Assembly: GCA_003222135.1 (NCBI GenBank)
Contig: QHUM01000043.1
Coordinates: forward strand, 18,379 to 82,378
Reading direction: 5' to 3'
Source of the DNA: Gemmatimonadota bacterium
GTDB lineage: Bacteria; Gemmatimonadota; Gemmatimonadetes; Gemmatimonadales; GWC2-71-9
Length of the DNA stretch: 64,000 nt
Below are positions 46,062 through 56,099 of the stretch, piece after piece. The notes below the pieces were generated by a model that was not told the DNA's origin, searched no databases, and saw only the letters and a program-made list of their open reading frames with translations. The position numbers were made by a program, and so were the translations under genes. The stretch's first letter is position 1, and every line of letters starts with the position of its first letter.

Positions 46062-47198
46062 ATGCGCATGCTGGTGTTGGGCGCGGGGCTCCAGGGTTCC
46101 GCCTGCGCCTACGATTTGTTGCAGCACCCCGGTGTGGACCGGGTCACGGTCGCCGACCTGAAGCCCGATCGGATCCCCGCCTTCCTGCGACCGCTGGCCG
46201 GCCGGCGGCTGGCGCTCCTCAAGCTCGACGTGCAGGACCGGGCTGCGCTGCGCGCGGCGATGGGCGGGCACGACGCCGTGCTGAACGCGGCGCCGTACTA
46301 CTTCAATCTGGAGGTCTCCAAGGCGGCGGTGGACAGCGGCGTGCATTGCGCCGACCTGGGCGGCAATACGGAGATCGTGTTCCAACAGCGCAAGCTCGAC
46401 GCCGCGGCGCGCGAGCGCGGCGTCTCCGTCATCCCGGACTGCGGGCTGGCGCCGGGGATGGTGAACATCCTCGCCGCGGAAGGGATCCGGCGAGTCGGCG
46501 AAGCGGAGGAGGTGAAGATTTACGTGGGTGGCCTGCCGCAGCATCCCGAGCCGCCGCTGAACTACCAGATCGTCTATTCGCTCGAGGGCGCCCTCGACTA
46601 CTACACGACTCCCTCCTGGGTGCTGCGGGACGGCCGGCCGACCCGTGTGGACGCGCTCTCCGAGCTCGAGCAGGTGACCTTCCCACCGCCGGTCGGCGCC
46701 CTCGAGGCGTTCCACACCGGGGGCGGCATCTCGATCCTGCCGTGGGCGTACGAGGGCAAGGTCCGCACCATGGAGTACAAGACGCTCCGCTATCCCGGAC
46801 ATGCCGCGATCATGCGACCGATCCGGGAGCTCGGCCTGCTCGACCTCACGCCCGTAAAGGTGAAGGGGAAGGATGTCGTGCCACGGGACGTGTTCATTGC
46901 GGCCGTGTCCCCCAAGCTCACGAAGCCCGAGGGGCGAGATCTCGTGGCGCTCCGCGTGGACGTGCGCGGGCGCCACGACCGGCGGGCCGCGTGGCAGCTG
47001 CTCGACTATTACGACGAAGCGCGCGGCGTCAGCGCGATGATGCGCACCACCGGATACTCGCTCGCCGTCACGGGTCTGATGCAGGTGGAGGGCCGGATCG
47101 CGGTGCAGGGGGTGCGGACGCCGGACGAGGCGGTGCCGTTCGCCCACTACCTCGCCGAGCTCGGGAAGCGGGGAGTCGAGATTCGGGAGCTCGTTTGA
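46062..47198 (+). CDS. Saccharopine dehydrogenase / lysine 6-dehydrogenase family
   Basis: LGAGLQG, ADLGG, DCGLAPG, YVGGLPQ, YKTLRYPGH, MMRTTG. Confidence 0.88.
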   Translation: MRMLVLGAGLQGSACAYDLLQHPGVDRVTVADLKPDRIPAFLRPLAGRRLALLKLDVQDRAALRAAMGGHDAVLNAAPYYFNLEVSKAAVDSGVHCADLGGNTEIVFQQRKLDAAARERGVSVIPDCGLAPGMVNILAAEGIRRVGEAEEVKIYVGGLPQHPEPPLNYQIVYSLEGALDYYTTPSWVLRDGRPTRVDALSELEQVTFPPPVGALEAFHTGGGISILPWAYEGKVRTMEYKTLRYPGHAAIMRPIRELGLLDLTPVKVKGKDVVPRDVFIAAVSPKLTKPEGRDLVALRVDVRGRHDRRAAWQLLDYYDEARGVSAMMRTTGYSLAVTGLMQVEGRIAVQGVRTPDEAVPFAHYLAELGKRGVEIRELV

Positions 47199-47257
47199 CC
47201 GGCGCCCGTCGCGAGCCAGGAACTTCGCTTCATTCCGCCACGTTGTCGCGATAGATC

Positions 47258-47815
47258 ATGCCTGTCCTCGACCTGCGCGCGCTGTGGGATCGCGCGTTGA
47301 CGTACGAAGCATTCGTGCGCCAGTCCACCGAGCACTGCGCGCTGTGGACCGGCGTCTACCGGCTGGCGCGCATCCCCGACTGGGCGGTGGCGCGCGCCTG
47401 CGAGCGCGGGATGCCGTTCCGATTGTTGGTCCTCGCTGAGGATTGGTGCGGCGATGCGTCCAATACGATCCCCTACGTGGCGAAGCTGGGCGACCTGGCG
47501 AACTGCCTCGAGATGAGAATCTTGCGGCGCGACGAGCATCCGGAGGTGATGGACCGCTACCTCACCGGCACGTCGCGCTCCATCCCCATCGTGATCGTCC
47601 TGGATCAGCAGTTCCGCGAAGTGGGGCACTGGGGATCACGGCCGGCCGAGCTTCAGGCGTGGGTGATGGCGGCCCGCCGGACCACGCCGCAACAGGAGCT
47701 CTATCCGCAGATCCGGCGTTGGTATGCAAAGGACAAGGGTGTGAGCACATTGCGGGAGATCCTCGCCCTGCTGCCGGAGCGCGCTTCAGTAGCTCCAGGT
47801 CGTGCCGAAGAGTAG
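47258..47815 (+). CDS. Thioredoxin-like protein (single-Cys WCGD motif)
   Basis: LAEDWCGDA, RSIP, WGSRP. Confidence 0.8.
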   Translation: MPVLDLRALWDRALTYEAFVRQSTEHCALWTGVYRLARIPDWAVARACERGMPFRLLVLAEDWCGDASNTIPYVAKLGDLANCLEMRILRRDEHPEVMDRYLTGTSRSIPIVIVLDQQFREVGHWGSRPAELQAWVMAARRTTPQQELYPQIRRWYAKDKGVSTLREILALLPERASVAPGRAEE

Positions 47816-48937
47816 CTGGCCGCCCTCGCCGCCGCGGCCGTAGCCGACCACGAGCAGCGAGTTGCGCAGAAAGCGGAGCGCGACCTCCCCGCCGCCGCTG
47901 TGGTGCAGCCCTCGCGTCGTGAGTTGCACGGCCTCGCCCGGCCCAAAGACGCGCCCCGCGTCGTAGAACGCCACCAGCTTGAGCTCCACGATCTTGAGTT
48001 GCGCCGCGCTGGGCAGCGCGAAGACGACGTAGCGCGCCTCGGCCCCGCCGATCAGCTTGCCCCGTCCCACGAACCGCCCGTCGTAGTATCCGCGGAGCGA
48101 GCGGTAGCCGCCCACGGCGACGAACGGTCGCTCGCTCGATTCCATGAGCTGCTGCGCGGCGAGCGGCGGGGACCCGCCCATTCCTTCCACTCCGAAGCGC
48201 CCGGCCAGGACCAGACGGTTCAGCGGATGTACCTGGACCCGGGCCTGCGCGGTGGTGCGGGTATAGCCCGTGCCGCTGGCGAACAGCGCTTCCGCGTACA
48301 CACCGGCGGTGGGGTCGAGCTCGTTGTCGCGGCTGTCGAACACGGCACCGGCCCGCACGACCTTGTCGGTGAACGGCACCGTAGCGGGATCGACGGTGCC
48401 CGCGGCGAGGTCGCGTCGGAACACGCTCGGCCCCGGGAGCGGGCGGAAGTTGCTGCGCTCGAGCGATCCACCGGCGAGCACCCGCAGCGGGCCGGCCAGC
48501 CGCCGTTGCACGGTGACCCGGGCGGCGAGATACGTCCGACTCAGCCGATAGTAGTACGGCCCCGCCGTCGTGAGGCTATCGCTCGAGTACTGGGTATCGT
48601 TCCCGAGCCCGTAATACCCCAGGCGGTTCGCGCGCGCCGCGGTGAGCGTGACAGCGGCGCGCCACCCTTCCCACCACGCCGGCGCGCGCGCGTCTGCCTG
48701 CATCAAGTAGCTCCCCTGCGTGCTCGCTCCGCCTTCCAGGCTCAGCGAGGCGAGGTTGGCTTCCGGACGCTCGACCGAGCCGAGGGGACTGTAGCGGACG
48801 TAGCGAAGCCCCCCCCACCACCGGTCGATCGAGCTGTAGAAAACATATGGATAGAGGTTGCCCCGCCAGTACCGCTGCGCGGCGAGGGGCGGAGCCGCGC
48901 ACGCCAGCAGCGCGGCGGCGAGGCTAGTGGCTCGCAG
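47786..48937 (-). CDS. BamA/TamA (Omp85) family outer-membrane barrel, probable CTG start
   Basis: DSRDNELDP, GGYRSLRGYYDGRF (lid motif), FYDAGRVF, C-terminal FGTTWSY. The frame is open upstream of the track's TTG at 48706 and encodes a signal peptide starting at CTG 48937. Confidence 0.75.
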   Translation of the reverse strand: MRATSLAAALLACAAPPLAAQRYWRGNLYPYVFYSSIDRWWGGLRYVRYSPLGSVERPEANLASLSLEGGASTQGSYLMQADARAPAWWEGWRAAVTLTAARANRLGYYGLGNDTQYSSDSLTTAGPYYYRLSRTYLAARVTVQRRLAGPLRVLAGGSLERSNFRPLPGPSVFRRDLAAGTVDPATVPFTDKVVRAGAVFDSRDNELDPTAGVYAEALFASGTGYTRTTAQARVQVHPLNRLVLAGRFGVEGMGGSPPLAAQQLMESSERPFVAVGGYRSLRGYYDGRFVGRGKLIGGAEARYVVFALPSAAQLKIVELKLVAFYDAGRVFGPGEAVQLTTRGLHHSGGGEVALRFLRNSLLVVGYGRGGEGGQLLFGTTWSY

Positions 48938-49985
48938 TCGGCCGCTCGTACAGGAACGCGGTGTCGCGCAGCTTCGCCTCCGCGCCGTCGTGCGCGGCGT
49001 AGCGGCTCGGGTAGAGCGAGGCAGCCCCGAACTCGCCGCGTTTGTTGACTGCGTAGAAGTTGAGGCTGAACTTCGGCTTGCCGTCCGCGCCGAGCAGGCG
49101 CTTCTCAGTGAGCTGGACGACGCGCTTCACCGTCTCGAGGCAGGCGTCGGTGGGCTTCATGCCGCGGCGCATGAACTCCACCGTCAAGAAGCCCCCGCAC
49201 ACCTTGATGTTCGACTCCCCGCGCCCGGTCGAGCCCGCCGCGCCGACGTCATTGTCGGTGTATTGTCCCGCGCCGATGATCGGACTATCGCCCACGCGTC
49301 CGGGGATCTTGAAGGCGAGCCCGCTCGTCGTCGTGACCGAAGAGATGTCCCCCTGGGGTGTGACGGCGTCGCAATTGATCGTCCCCGTCGGGCGCACCAT
49401 CAGATGCTCGGCTTCGGGTACATCGAGATAGTCGTCGTCCGGGTTCAGGTTGGCGCGCCAATGCAGCCACACCTCGCGGGAGTGCTCGGTGAGCAGGTCC
49501 GCTTCCTTGAAGCCGTACTGCAGCGCGAAACGCTTGGCGCCCTCGCCCACGAGGAAGATGTGATTCGTGTACTTGAGCACGAGCTTCGCCACTTCGGAGG
49601 GCGTCTTGATCCCTTCCAGCGCGCCCACCGCGCCAGCGCGCTTGCTGGGTCCGTGCATGCACGAGGCATCGAGCTGGACCACGCCGTCGGCGTTCGGGAG
49701 CCCACCGTAGCCGACGGAATCGTCGTTGGGATCGAGCTCCTGGATCTTCACGCCTTCGATCACCGCATCGAGCGTGTCGGCGCCCTGCATGAGCATCTCG
49801 AACGCCTTCTGCACCGCGCGTAGCCCGTTGGCGCTCGAGACGACGACGGGCTTCGCGGCCCAGCGCCCCGTGGGCGGCAGCGGTCGCGGCGGTCGCAGGG
49901 GGTAGGCGATGTCCGCCGCCGCGGCCGCGGTGACGCCGACGGCGGCAGATGCCACGAACTCGCGGCGGGACGGCACGGTGGACAC
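48924..49985 (-). CDS. N(4)-(beta-N-acetylglucosaminyl)-L-asparaginase family (Ntn hydrolase), Tat substrate
   Basis: SRREFV Tat motif, SVGYGGLP, LDASCM, GTINC, TTSGL..KIPGRVGDSPIIGAG, GSTGRGE. Confidence 0.88.
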   Translation of the reverse strand: MSTVPSRREFVASAAVGVTAAAAADIAYPLRPPRPLPPTGRWAAKPVVVSSANGLRAVQKAFEMLMQGADTLDAVIEGVKIQELDPNDDSVGYGGLPNADGVVQLDASCMHGPSKRAGAVGALEGIKTPSEVAKLVLKYTNHIFLVGEGAKRFALQYGFKEADLLTEHSREVWLHWRANLNPDDDYLDVPEAEHLMVRPTGTINCDAVTPQGDISSVTTTSGLAFKIPGRVGDSPIIGAGQYTDNDVGAAGSTGRGESNIKVCGGFLTVEFMRRGMKPTDACLETVKRVVQLTEKRLLGADGKPKFSLNFYAVNKRGEFGAASLYPSRYAAHDGAEAKLRDTAFLYERPTASH

Positions 49986-50148
49986 GCGGCGCTCCTTAGG
50001 GGCGGGTGCTAGGTTCTACGCGCTGGCGCGGCGGCTGTCAACTTGCTCCGATCGGGGTGCGGCGATACCGTTCCGACCGTGAACCCTCACGACGCGCCGA
50101 CGCGGCCCTACCTCGTCGCCGGCTATCACGCTGCTTCCGAATTGAGGT

Positions 50149-50883
50149 ATGTCCGATCGAGTGCTGGTTGAGGTCGCGCTCGTCATCCCGGTGTATAACG
50201 AGCGCGACAATCTCCCGCTCTTGATCGACGAGATCGCCCGCGCCGTCGGGGGGGAGGGCCGGAGTTACGAGATCGTGGCCGTGGACGACGGGTCGACCGA
50301 CGGGTCGCTCGAGGTGCTCGAGGGGCTGCGGCGGGACCACCCGGAGCTGCGCATCGTCGCGTTCGCGGAGCGCGCCGGTCAGACGGCCGCGCTCGCCGCC
50401 GGGTTCCGGGCCGCGCGCGGGCGGGCCATCGTGACGCTCGACGCCGACCTGCAGAACGACCCGGCCGACGTGCCCGCCCTCCTCGCCGAGCTCGAGCGCA
50501 GTCGCGCGGCCGCGGTCGTCGGCTACCGCGTGAACCGCCACGACAGCGCGTGGAAGCGGCTGCAGAGCCGCATCGCGAACGGCGTGCGCAACCGCTTGAA
50601 TCACGAGACGATTCGAGACACCGGGTGCTCGCTCAAGGCGTTCCGGGCCGATGCGGTGCGCGCCCTGCCGCTGTTCGACGGCATGCACCGCTTCCTGCCC
50701 ACGCTCATCAGGATGGAGGGCGGCACGGTGGTGGAGCTCCCGGTGCGGCACCGACCCCGGCGGTTCGGCCGGACCAAGTACGGCATGTGGAACCGGGTGT
50801 TTCGCTCGTTCGCCGACGCGCTGGCGGTGCGCTGGATGCAGCGTCGGGCGCTGCGCTACCGGATCCGGGAGGAGGTGCCGTAA
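50149..50883 (+). CDS. GT2 glycosyltransferase (polyprenol-phosphate glycosyltransferase-like)
   Basis: IPVYNE, VDDGSTDGS, GQTAAL, LDADLQNDP, DTGCSLK, HRPRRFGRTKY. Confidence 0.92.
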   Translation: MSDRVLVEVALVIPVYNERDNLPLLIDEIARAVGGEGRSYEIVAVDDGSTDGSLEVLEGLRRDHPELRIVAFAERAGQTAALAAGFRAARGRAIVTLDADLQNDPADVPALLAELERSRAAAVVGYRVNRHDSAWKRLQSRIANGVRNRLNHETIRDTGCSLKAFRADAVRALPLFDGMHRFLPTLIRMEGGTVVELPVRHRPRRFGRTKYGMWNRVFRSFADALAVRWMQRRALRYRIREEVP

Positions 50884-51218
50884 TGCACGACGACTGGCTG
50901 CGACAGATCGAGCAGGAGTTGGACGGCGAGCTGAGCCTGCCCGAGCGGGCAGCGCTGGCGCGTCACCTCGCCGGGTGCCGTCATTGTGCCGAGACGCGCG
51001 TGAGCCATCTCGAAATGCGAGTGGCCTTCGCCCGGTCCGCGGGACAGCCGCACGCTCACACCGTCCCCCGGCCGGCGATCCGCGGGCGGACCCTGGGGTT
51101 GTGGATGGCCATCAGCCTCATCGCCGGCGCGGCCGCGGGCTGGTTCGCGCACGTCCAGTGGGGCGGGCCCGGCCCGACCTCGCTCGAGGCAACGCGTGCG
51201 CTGTTCGTGGCGCAATAG
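50883..51218 (+). CDS. zf-HC2 (ZAS) anti-sigma-factor-like membrane protein
   Basis: LDGELS..E..L..HLAGCRHC (HxxxCxxC) and one TM helix. ATG at 50883 overlaps the upstream TAA. Confidence 0.75.
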   Translation: MHDDWLRQIEQELDGELSLPERAALARHLAGCRHCAETRVSHLEMRVAFARSAGQPHAHTVPRPAIRGRTLGLWMAISLIAGAAAGWFAHVQWGGPGPTSLEATRALFVAQ

Positions 51219-52074
51219 CGCCTGGACGGCGGCGCTCCTCGCCGTGCTCCCCGCTCCGCCCGCGCATTCCCAGGCGCCGACCTACCGGCTGACGTACCGC
51301 CTGCGGGTGGTCGAGCGCGCCGGCGCCGACACCGAGACGCTCGCGACGGCCGTGGTGAGCGGGCCGCCCGAGACGACGCTCCGGCTGTCGCTGCGGGTCG
51401 AGACGGCCGAGCTGCAGGGGCTGCTCGGGACCCTCCCCGAGCCGGATACCGTGAATCTGGCCGGCATGTTCTTCAGCCGGCGGCCGGCGGGTCGATCGCG
51501 CCGCGGCCTTCCGCTGTTCGAAGAGGACAGCTACCGCCGCTGGGCGCGGGTCGTGTGGGGCGGCACGACGCGACTCTATCCCTTCGGCGCGGAGTGGGCG
51601 GGCCAGCGGCGCGCCCTGTGGGTGGAGATCACCGTCGACCGTGAGTTCGCCGCCGGTGAAACCCGGCCGAACGAAGAAGTGACGCTCGTGGACCCTGCCG
51701 TCGCGTTCAACGCGCGAGCGGTGGTGCCGCCGCGCCGCGTGACCGTTCGACTGAGCCTCGTGCGGGGGGATACCGCCAGCAGCCCGCGCGCGCTCGACCT
51801 GATCCCGGAAGCGCCCGGGCGCCGGGTGAGTTTCACGCTGGGTGGCCAGACGTCGGCATTCGACGTCACCCTGCAGCGGCCCGAGCCGCCGCGCACGGGA
51901 CGCGACAGCGCGCTCGCCACCGACGCGGACGTCGTCTGCCTGCGGCTGCTCGTCCCCGGCTCGGATGACCCGGCCCGCGTCCGCTGCGGGCGGCTCGACA
52001 ACGTGGCTCGCCGGCTCGCCCTGCAGGCGGGCGACACGGTCGTCGCCACCTTCTCCTGGCCGGGCGCCCGCTGA
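51196..52074 (+). CDS. Hypothetical secreted protein
   Basis: Signal-like N-terminus (AALLAVLPAPPAHSQ). Beta-rich. Sits in the operon with no gap. Confidence 0.55.
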   Translation: MRCSWRNSAWTAALLAVLPAPPAHSQAPTYRLTYRLRVVERAGADTETLATAVVSGPPETTLRLSLRVETAELQGLLGTLPEPDTVNLAGMFFSRRPAGRSRRGLPLFEEDSYRRWARVVWGGTTRLYPFGAEWAGQRRALWVEITVDREFAAGETRPNEEVTLVDPAVAFNARAVVPPRRVTVRLSLVRGDTASSPRALDLIPEAPGRRVSFTLGGQTSAFDVTLQRPEPPRTGRDSALATDADVVCLRLLVPGSDDPARVRCGRLDNVARRLALQAGDTVVATFSWPGAR

Positions 52075-52093
52075 CCGTCATATTTCGGACGCC

Positions 52094-53164
52094 ATGGCCC
52101 CCCCCCGCCCCCGGAAGCAGCGGCTCGACCCCTCCATCTTCCACCTGCCCGTCGAGCGGATGCGGGAGGGCTACTACTCCGACAAGTACTTCGTGCGCGC
52201 GCGCGATTTGCTTCTCAAGGACAACCACCGGCCGTGCGTGACGATGCAGGTATTCGGCAAGGCGCACGCATTCCTCGGCGGAATCGACGAGGCGATCGCC
52301 ATCCTCAAGCTGTGCAGCACGGATTGGGGCGAGCTCGAGGTTTCCGCGCTGTACGACGGAGACGAGATCGAGCCGTGGGAGACCGTGTTGCTCATCGAAG
52401 GGCCGTACGACGCGTTCGCCCACCTGGAAACCCTGTATCTCGGCGTGCTGGCGCGCCGTACCAGGGTCGGCACGAACACGCGGCGCGTCGTCGAAGCGGC
52501 CCGGCCGAAGGAAGTGATGTTCTTCCCGGCGCGGCACGACCATTGGCTGGTGCAGACGGGCGACGGCTACGCCGCCCACATCGCGGGAGCGATCGGCGTG
52601 TCCACGGACGCGCAAGCGTCGTGGTGGGGCTCGGAGGGGGTCGGCACGGTACCGCACGCGCTGATCGCGGCGTACCACGGCGACACGGTGCAGGCGTCGC
52701 AGAAGTTCGCCGAGCTGATGGACCCGAGCGTGCGGCTCATCACGCTCGTGGACTTCGACAACGATTGCGTCGCCACCTCGCTCAAGGTAGCGCGGGCGCT
52801 GGGGCCGCGGCTCTATGGCGTGCGGATCGACACGTCCGAGACGCTGGTGGACAAGTCGGTAATCCCCGAAATGGGCACCTTCAAGCCGACGGGGGTGAAC
52901 CCGCGGCTCGTCTGGAACGTGCGGCGCGCCCTCGATCGCGACGGCTTCCAACACGTGAAGATCGTGGTTTCGGGCGGCTTCACGGTCGAGAAGATCCGCC
53001 AGTTCGAAGAGCAGGACGTGCCCGTCGACATGTACGGCGTCGGCTCGAGCCTGTTCCAGGGTCGCTTCGATTTCACCGCGGACGTCGTGCGGGTGGAGGG
53101 CAAGCCGTGCGCCAAGGTGGGCCGCAGCTACCGGCCGAACCCGCGGCTGGACCCGGTGGAGTGA
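52094..53164 (+). CDS. pncB: Nicotinate phosphoribosyltransferase (NAPRTase/QAPRTase-fold)
   Basis: GYYSDKYF, GTVPHAL, LVDFDND, VRIDTS, VSGGF, GVGSSL, FTADVV, KVGR. ATG at 52094. Confidence 0.75.
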   Translation: MAPPRPRKQRLDPSIFHLPVERMREGYYSDKYFVRARDLLLKDNHRPCVTMQVFGKAHAFLGGIDEAIAILKLCSTDWGELEVSALYDGDEIEPWETVLLIEGPYDAFAHLETLYLGVLARRTRVGTNTRRVVEAARPKEVMFFPARHDHWLVQTGDGYAAHIAGAIGVSTDAQASWWGSEGVGTVPHALIAAYHGDTVQASQKFAELMDPSVRLITLVDFDNDCVATSLKVARALGPRLYGVRIDTSETLVDKSVIPEMGTFKPTGVNPRLVWNVRRALDRDGFQHVKIVVSGGFTVEKIRQFEEQDVPVDMYGVGSSLFQGRFDFTADVVRVEGKPCAKVGRSYRPNPRLDPVE

Positions 53165-53191
53165 CCGCGCCGGCCTTGCGTTCCCGGTGGG

Positions 53192-53229
53192 TCTGCATAT
53201 TTTTCCGACGAAGTGAATAATCATGCAAG
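53192..53229 (+). promoter_or_regulatory. Tandem ARG boxes (ArgR operator)
   Basis: tcTGCATATTTTTCCGac and agTGAATAATCATGCAag, separated by 2 nt. The second box overlaps the argC GTG. Confidence 0.75.
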
Positions 53230-54172
53230 CGTCCCGATCGGTGTCCTCGGGGCCTCGGGGTACGTAGGGCAGGAGCTGCTGCGGCTGCTCGCTGGCCACC
53301 CCGGGGCCTCGGTGGTCTTTGCCACCGCGGAGTCCGCTGCCGGCGAGGTCGCCCTGGGCCACCGGCTGGTGCGTGCGGACGACGCGCCGCTCCAGCGTGC
53401 GGAGATCGTACTCTCCGCGCTGCCGCACGGCGTATCGGGGCGGTACGTGCACGCGGCGCGGGCGGCCGGGAAACGCACGGTGGACCTGTCGGCCGATTTC
53501 CGCCTGTCGCCTGAAGCCGTCTACGGGCTGACGGAGGTGACCCGGCCCCGCGTGGCCGCCGCCGAGCTGGTGGCGAATCCCGGATGCTATCCGACGGCGG
53601 CCCTGCTCGCGCTGCTGCCGCTCGCGCGGCAGGGGCTGATCGACGCGTCGCGCGAGGTGGTGATCGACGCTGCTTCCGGGGTGACGGGTGCCGGCCGGGC
53701 GCCGCAACGTGAGCTCATGTTCGGCGAGGTGGCGGAGGACTTCCGGGCCTACGCGGTCGGGAACGAGCACCGGCACCTGCCCGAGCTCCTGGGCACGCTG
53801 GCGCGCGAGAGCGGCTTCACCGGCGATCTCGTGTTCACCCCCCATCTGCTGCCCGTGAAGCGGGGCATCCTCGAGACGATCCACGTGCCGCTCACGCGCC
53901 CCCTCGATCAGACGACGGCCGAAGCGCTGTACCGGGCCGCCTACGACGGCGAGCCCTGCGTGGCGATCACCCCGGGTGCGCTGCCGTCCCTCAAGGACGT
54001 CGTGTACCGCAATCGCGTCGCGATCGGCGTCGCGCCCGTCGCGCACGTACGCCGGCCGCGGCTCACGCTGATCGCCGCGATCGACAATCTCGTCAAGGGC
54101 GCGGCGGGGCAGGCCATCCAGAACATGAACGTGATGCTCGGGCTGCCCGAGACGGCGGGGCTGACGTGCTGA
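53213..54172 (+). CDS. argC: N-acetyl-gamma-glutamyl-phosphate reductase
   Basis: GASGYVG, DLSADFR, ANPGCYPT, SGVTGAGR, HRHLPE, IDNLVKGAAGQAIQNMN. Confidence 0.95.
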   Translation: MNNHASVPIGVLGASGYVGQELLRLLAGHPGASVVFATAESAAGEVALGHRLVRADDAPLQRAEIVLSALPHGVSGRYVHAARAAGKRTVDLSADFRLSPEAVYGLTEVTRPRVAAAELVANPGCYPTAALLALLPLARQGLIDASREVVIDAASGVTGAGRAPQRELMFGEVAEDFRAYAVGNEHRHLPELLGTLARESGFTGDLVFTPHLLPVKRGILETIHVPLTRPLDQTTAEALYRAAYDGEPCVAITPGALPSLKDVVYRNRVAIGVAPVAHVRRPRLTLIAAIDNLVKGAAGQAIQNMNVMLGLPETAGLTC

Positions 54173-54927
54173 GCGTGCGCGTGGTGAAATTGGGCGGCAA
54201 CGAGCTCGATCGCCCCGAGTGGCTCGCCGCCTGTGCCGATGCGCTGCGCACGGTCGGCCCCGTCGTGCTGGTGCACGGCGGTGGGGAAGCCGTGAGCGCG
54301 CTGTCGCGGCGGCTCGCGCTCCCGGTCGAGAAGCGCGACGGCCGCCGCGTCACCACCCCCGAGGTGGCGGAGGTCGTCGAGATGGTGCTCGCGGGGCCGG
54401 TGAACCGGATGCTGGTGGCCGCGTTGCGCCGGGCCGGGCTCGACGCGATCGGGCTCTCGGGCGTGGACGGCGGCCTGCTGACCGCGCGGCGCGCGGCCGG
54501 CGGCCTGGACCACGTCGGCGAGATCGTCGCCGTACGGGCCTCGCTGCTCCACAGTTTGCTGCTGGCCGGGCTCACCCCCGTCATCGCCCCGATGGCGCCC
54601 CCTGCGGAAGGGGGCCTTCCCTTCAACGTCAACGCGGACGACGCCGCCGCGGCCGTCGCGGGCGCGCTCCACGCCGCCGAGCTGCTGTTCGTGTCGGACG
54701 TGCCCGGGGTCACCGTGGACGGCACGGTGCAGCCGTCGGTGGCGGCAGGCGACATCGAGACCCTGATCGAGTTGGGCGCGGCGACCGACGGCATGGCGGC
54801 CAAGCTCCGCGCCGCCGCGACCGCCATCCGCGCCGGCGCCCACGCCGTCCGGATCGGGGACTGGCACCTGCTGGTGCATCCCGCCGCGGGAACGCGAATC
54901 CTCCCGCCCGCCGTCAAGGCCGCGTGA
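54166..54927 (+). CDS. argB: Acetylglutamate kinase
   Basis: VKLGG, VHGGG, GRRVT, NVNAD, SDVPGV, GMAAK. Confidence 0.92.
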   Translation: MLSVRVVKLGGNELDRPEWLAACADALRTVGPVVLVHGGGEAVSALSRRLALPVEKRDGRRVTTPEVAEVVEMVLAGPVNRMLVAALRRAGLDAIGLSGVDGGLLTARRAAGGLDHVGEIVAVRASLLHSLLLAGLTPVIAPMAPPAEGGLPFNVNADDAAAAVAGALHAAELLFVSDVPGVTVDGTVQPSVAAGDIETLIELGAATDGMAAKLRAAATAIRAGAHAVRIGDWHLLVHPAAGTRILPPAVKAA

Positions 54928-56099
54928 CCACCGCCTCCACGGCCGCGTCGGCCGCGCCCGGCGCGCTGCTCGGCGTTTACGCCCCGGTCGGTCCCCGCTT
55001 CGTCGCCGGGGACGGTGTCGAGCTCATCGCGGAGGACGGCACCCGCTACCTCGATTTCGTCGCCGGCATCGGGGTGAATGCGCTCGGTTACAACCATCCG
55101 GTGGTGCGCCAGGCGGTGGAGCACGCGCTCGGTACGGGGCTCATCCACATCTCGAACCTGTACCGCACCGAGCCAGCCGAACGGCTGGCCGAGGAGCTGG
55201 TGGCGCGGTCGTTCGCCGATCGGGTGTTCTTTTGCAATTCGGGCGCCGAAGCGAACGAGGCCGCGTTCAAATTCGCCCGCAAGTGGTCGGGAAAAAGCGA
55301 AATCGTCGCCTTCAGCGGCAGCTTCCACGGACGCCTCTTCGCCACGCTCGCCGCAACGGACCGCCCCGAGTACAAGAAACCGTTCGAGCCGCTGGTGCCG
55401 GGCATTCGTATCGTCCCGCGGGAGGACTGGGCGGCCGTGGACCACGCGGTGTCCGCGTCTCGCACGGCCGCGGTGATCGTCGAGCCGGTGCAGGGCGAAG
55501 GTGGCGTACGCCCGATCGACCCGGAGTGGCTGGGCTTCCTGCGTGAGTTGTGCGATTCCCGGGGTGTCGCCGTCATCTTCGACGAAGTGCAGTGCGGGCT
55601 AGGGCGGACGGGCACGCTGTTCGCGTACGAGCAGACCGGCGTCGTCCCCGACGTGCTGACGCTCGCCAAGCCGCTCGCCGGCGGCCTCCCGATGGGCGCC
55701 GTGCTGCTGCGGGACGCGATCGCTAGCGCGCTCAAGCCCGGCGACCACGCGACGACGTTCGGCGGCGGTCCCCTCGTGGCGAGCGTCGCGCTGGAGGTGG
55801 TCCGCACCATCGCCCAGCCCGATTTTCTCGCCGCGGTGCGGCAAAAAGGCGAGTGGCTGGGCGCGCGGCTGGCCGGCCTCGCTAGCCGCTCCGCGAAGGT
55901 GCGCGACGCCCGGGGGCGTGGGCTGATGTGGGGGCTCGAGCTCGCCGAGCCGGCGGCCCCGTGCGTCACGGCCGCCCGCGAGCGGGGGCTGCTCGTCCTG
56001 ACCGCGGGAGCGAACGTGCTGCGGCTCGTGCCGCCGCTCGTCATCACGCCGCAGGAGCTGGAGCGCGGGGTGGCGATACTCGAGGAGATCCTGGCGTGA
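54924..56099 (+). CDS. argD: Acetylornithine aminotransferase
   Basis: YLDFVAGIGVNALG, FCNSGAEANE, FHGR, EPVQGEGG, FDEVQCGLGRTG, LAKPLAGG. GTG start at 54924 (GTGA overlap). Confidence 0.95.
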   Translation: MTTASTAASAAPGALLGVYAPVGPRFVAGDGVELIAEDGTRYLDFVAGIGVNALGYNHPVVRQAVEHALGTGLIHISNLYRTEPAERLAEELVARSFADRVFFCNSGAEANEAAFKFARKWSGKSEIVAFSGSFHGRLFATLAATDRPEYKKPFEPLVPGIRIVPREDWAAVDHAVSASRTAAVIVEPVQGEGGVRPIDPEWLGFLRELCDSRGVAVIFDEVQCGLGRTGTLFAYEQTGVVPDVLTLAKPLAGGLPMGAVLLRDAIASALKPGDHATTFGGGPLVASVALEVVRTIAQPDFLAAVRQKGEWLGARLAGLASRSAKVRDARGRGLMWGLELAEPAAPCVTAARERGLLVLTAGANVLRLVPPLVITPQELERGVAILEEILA

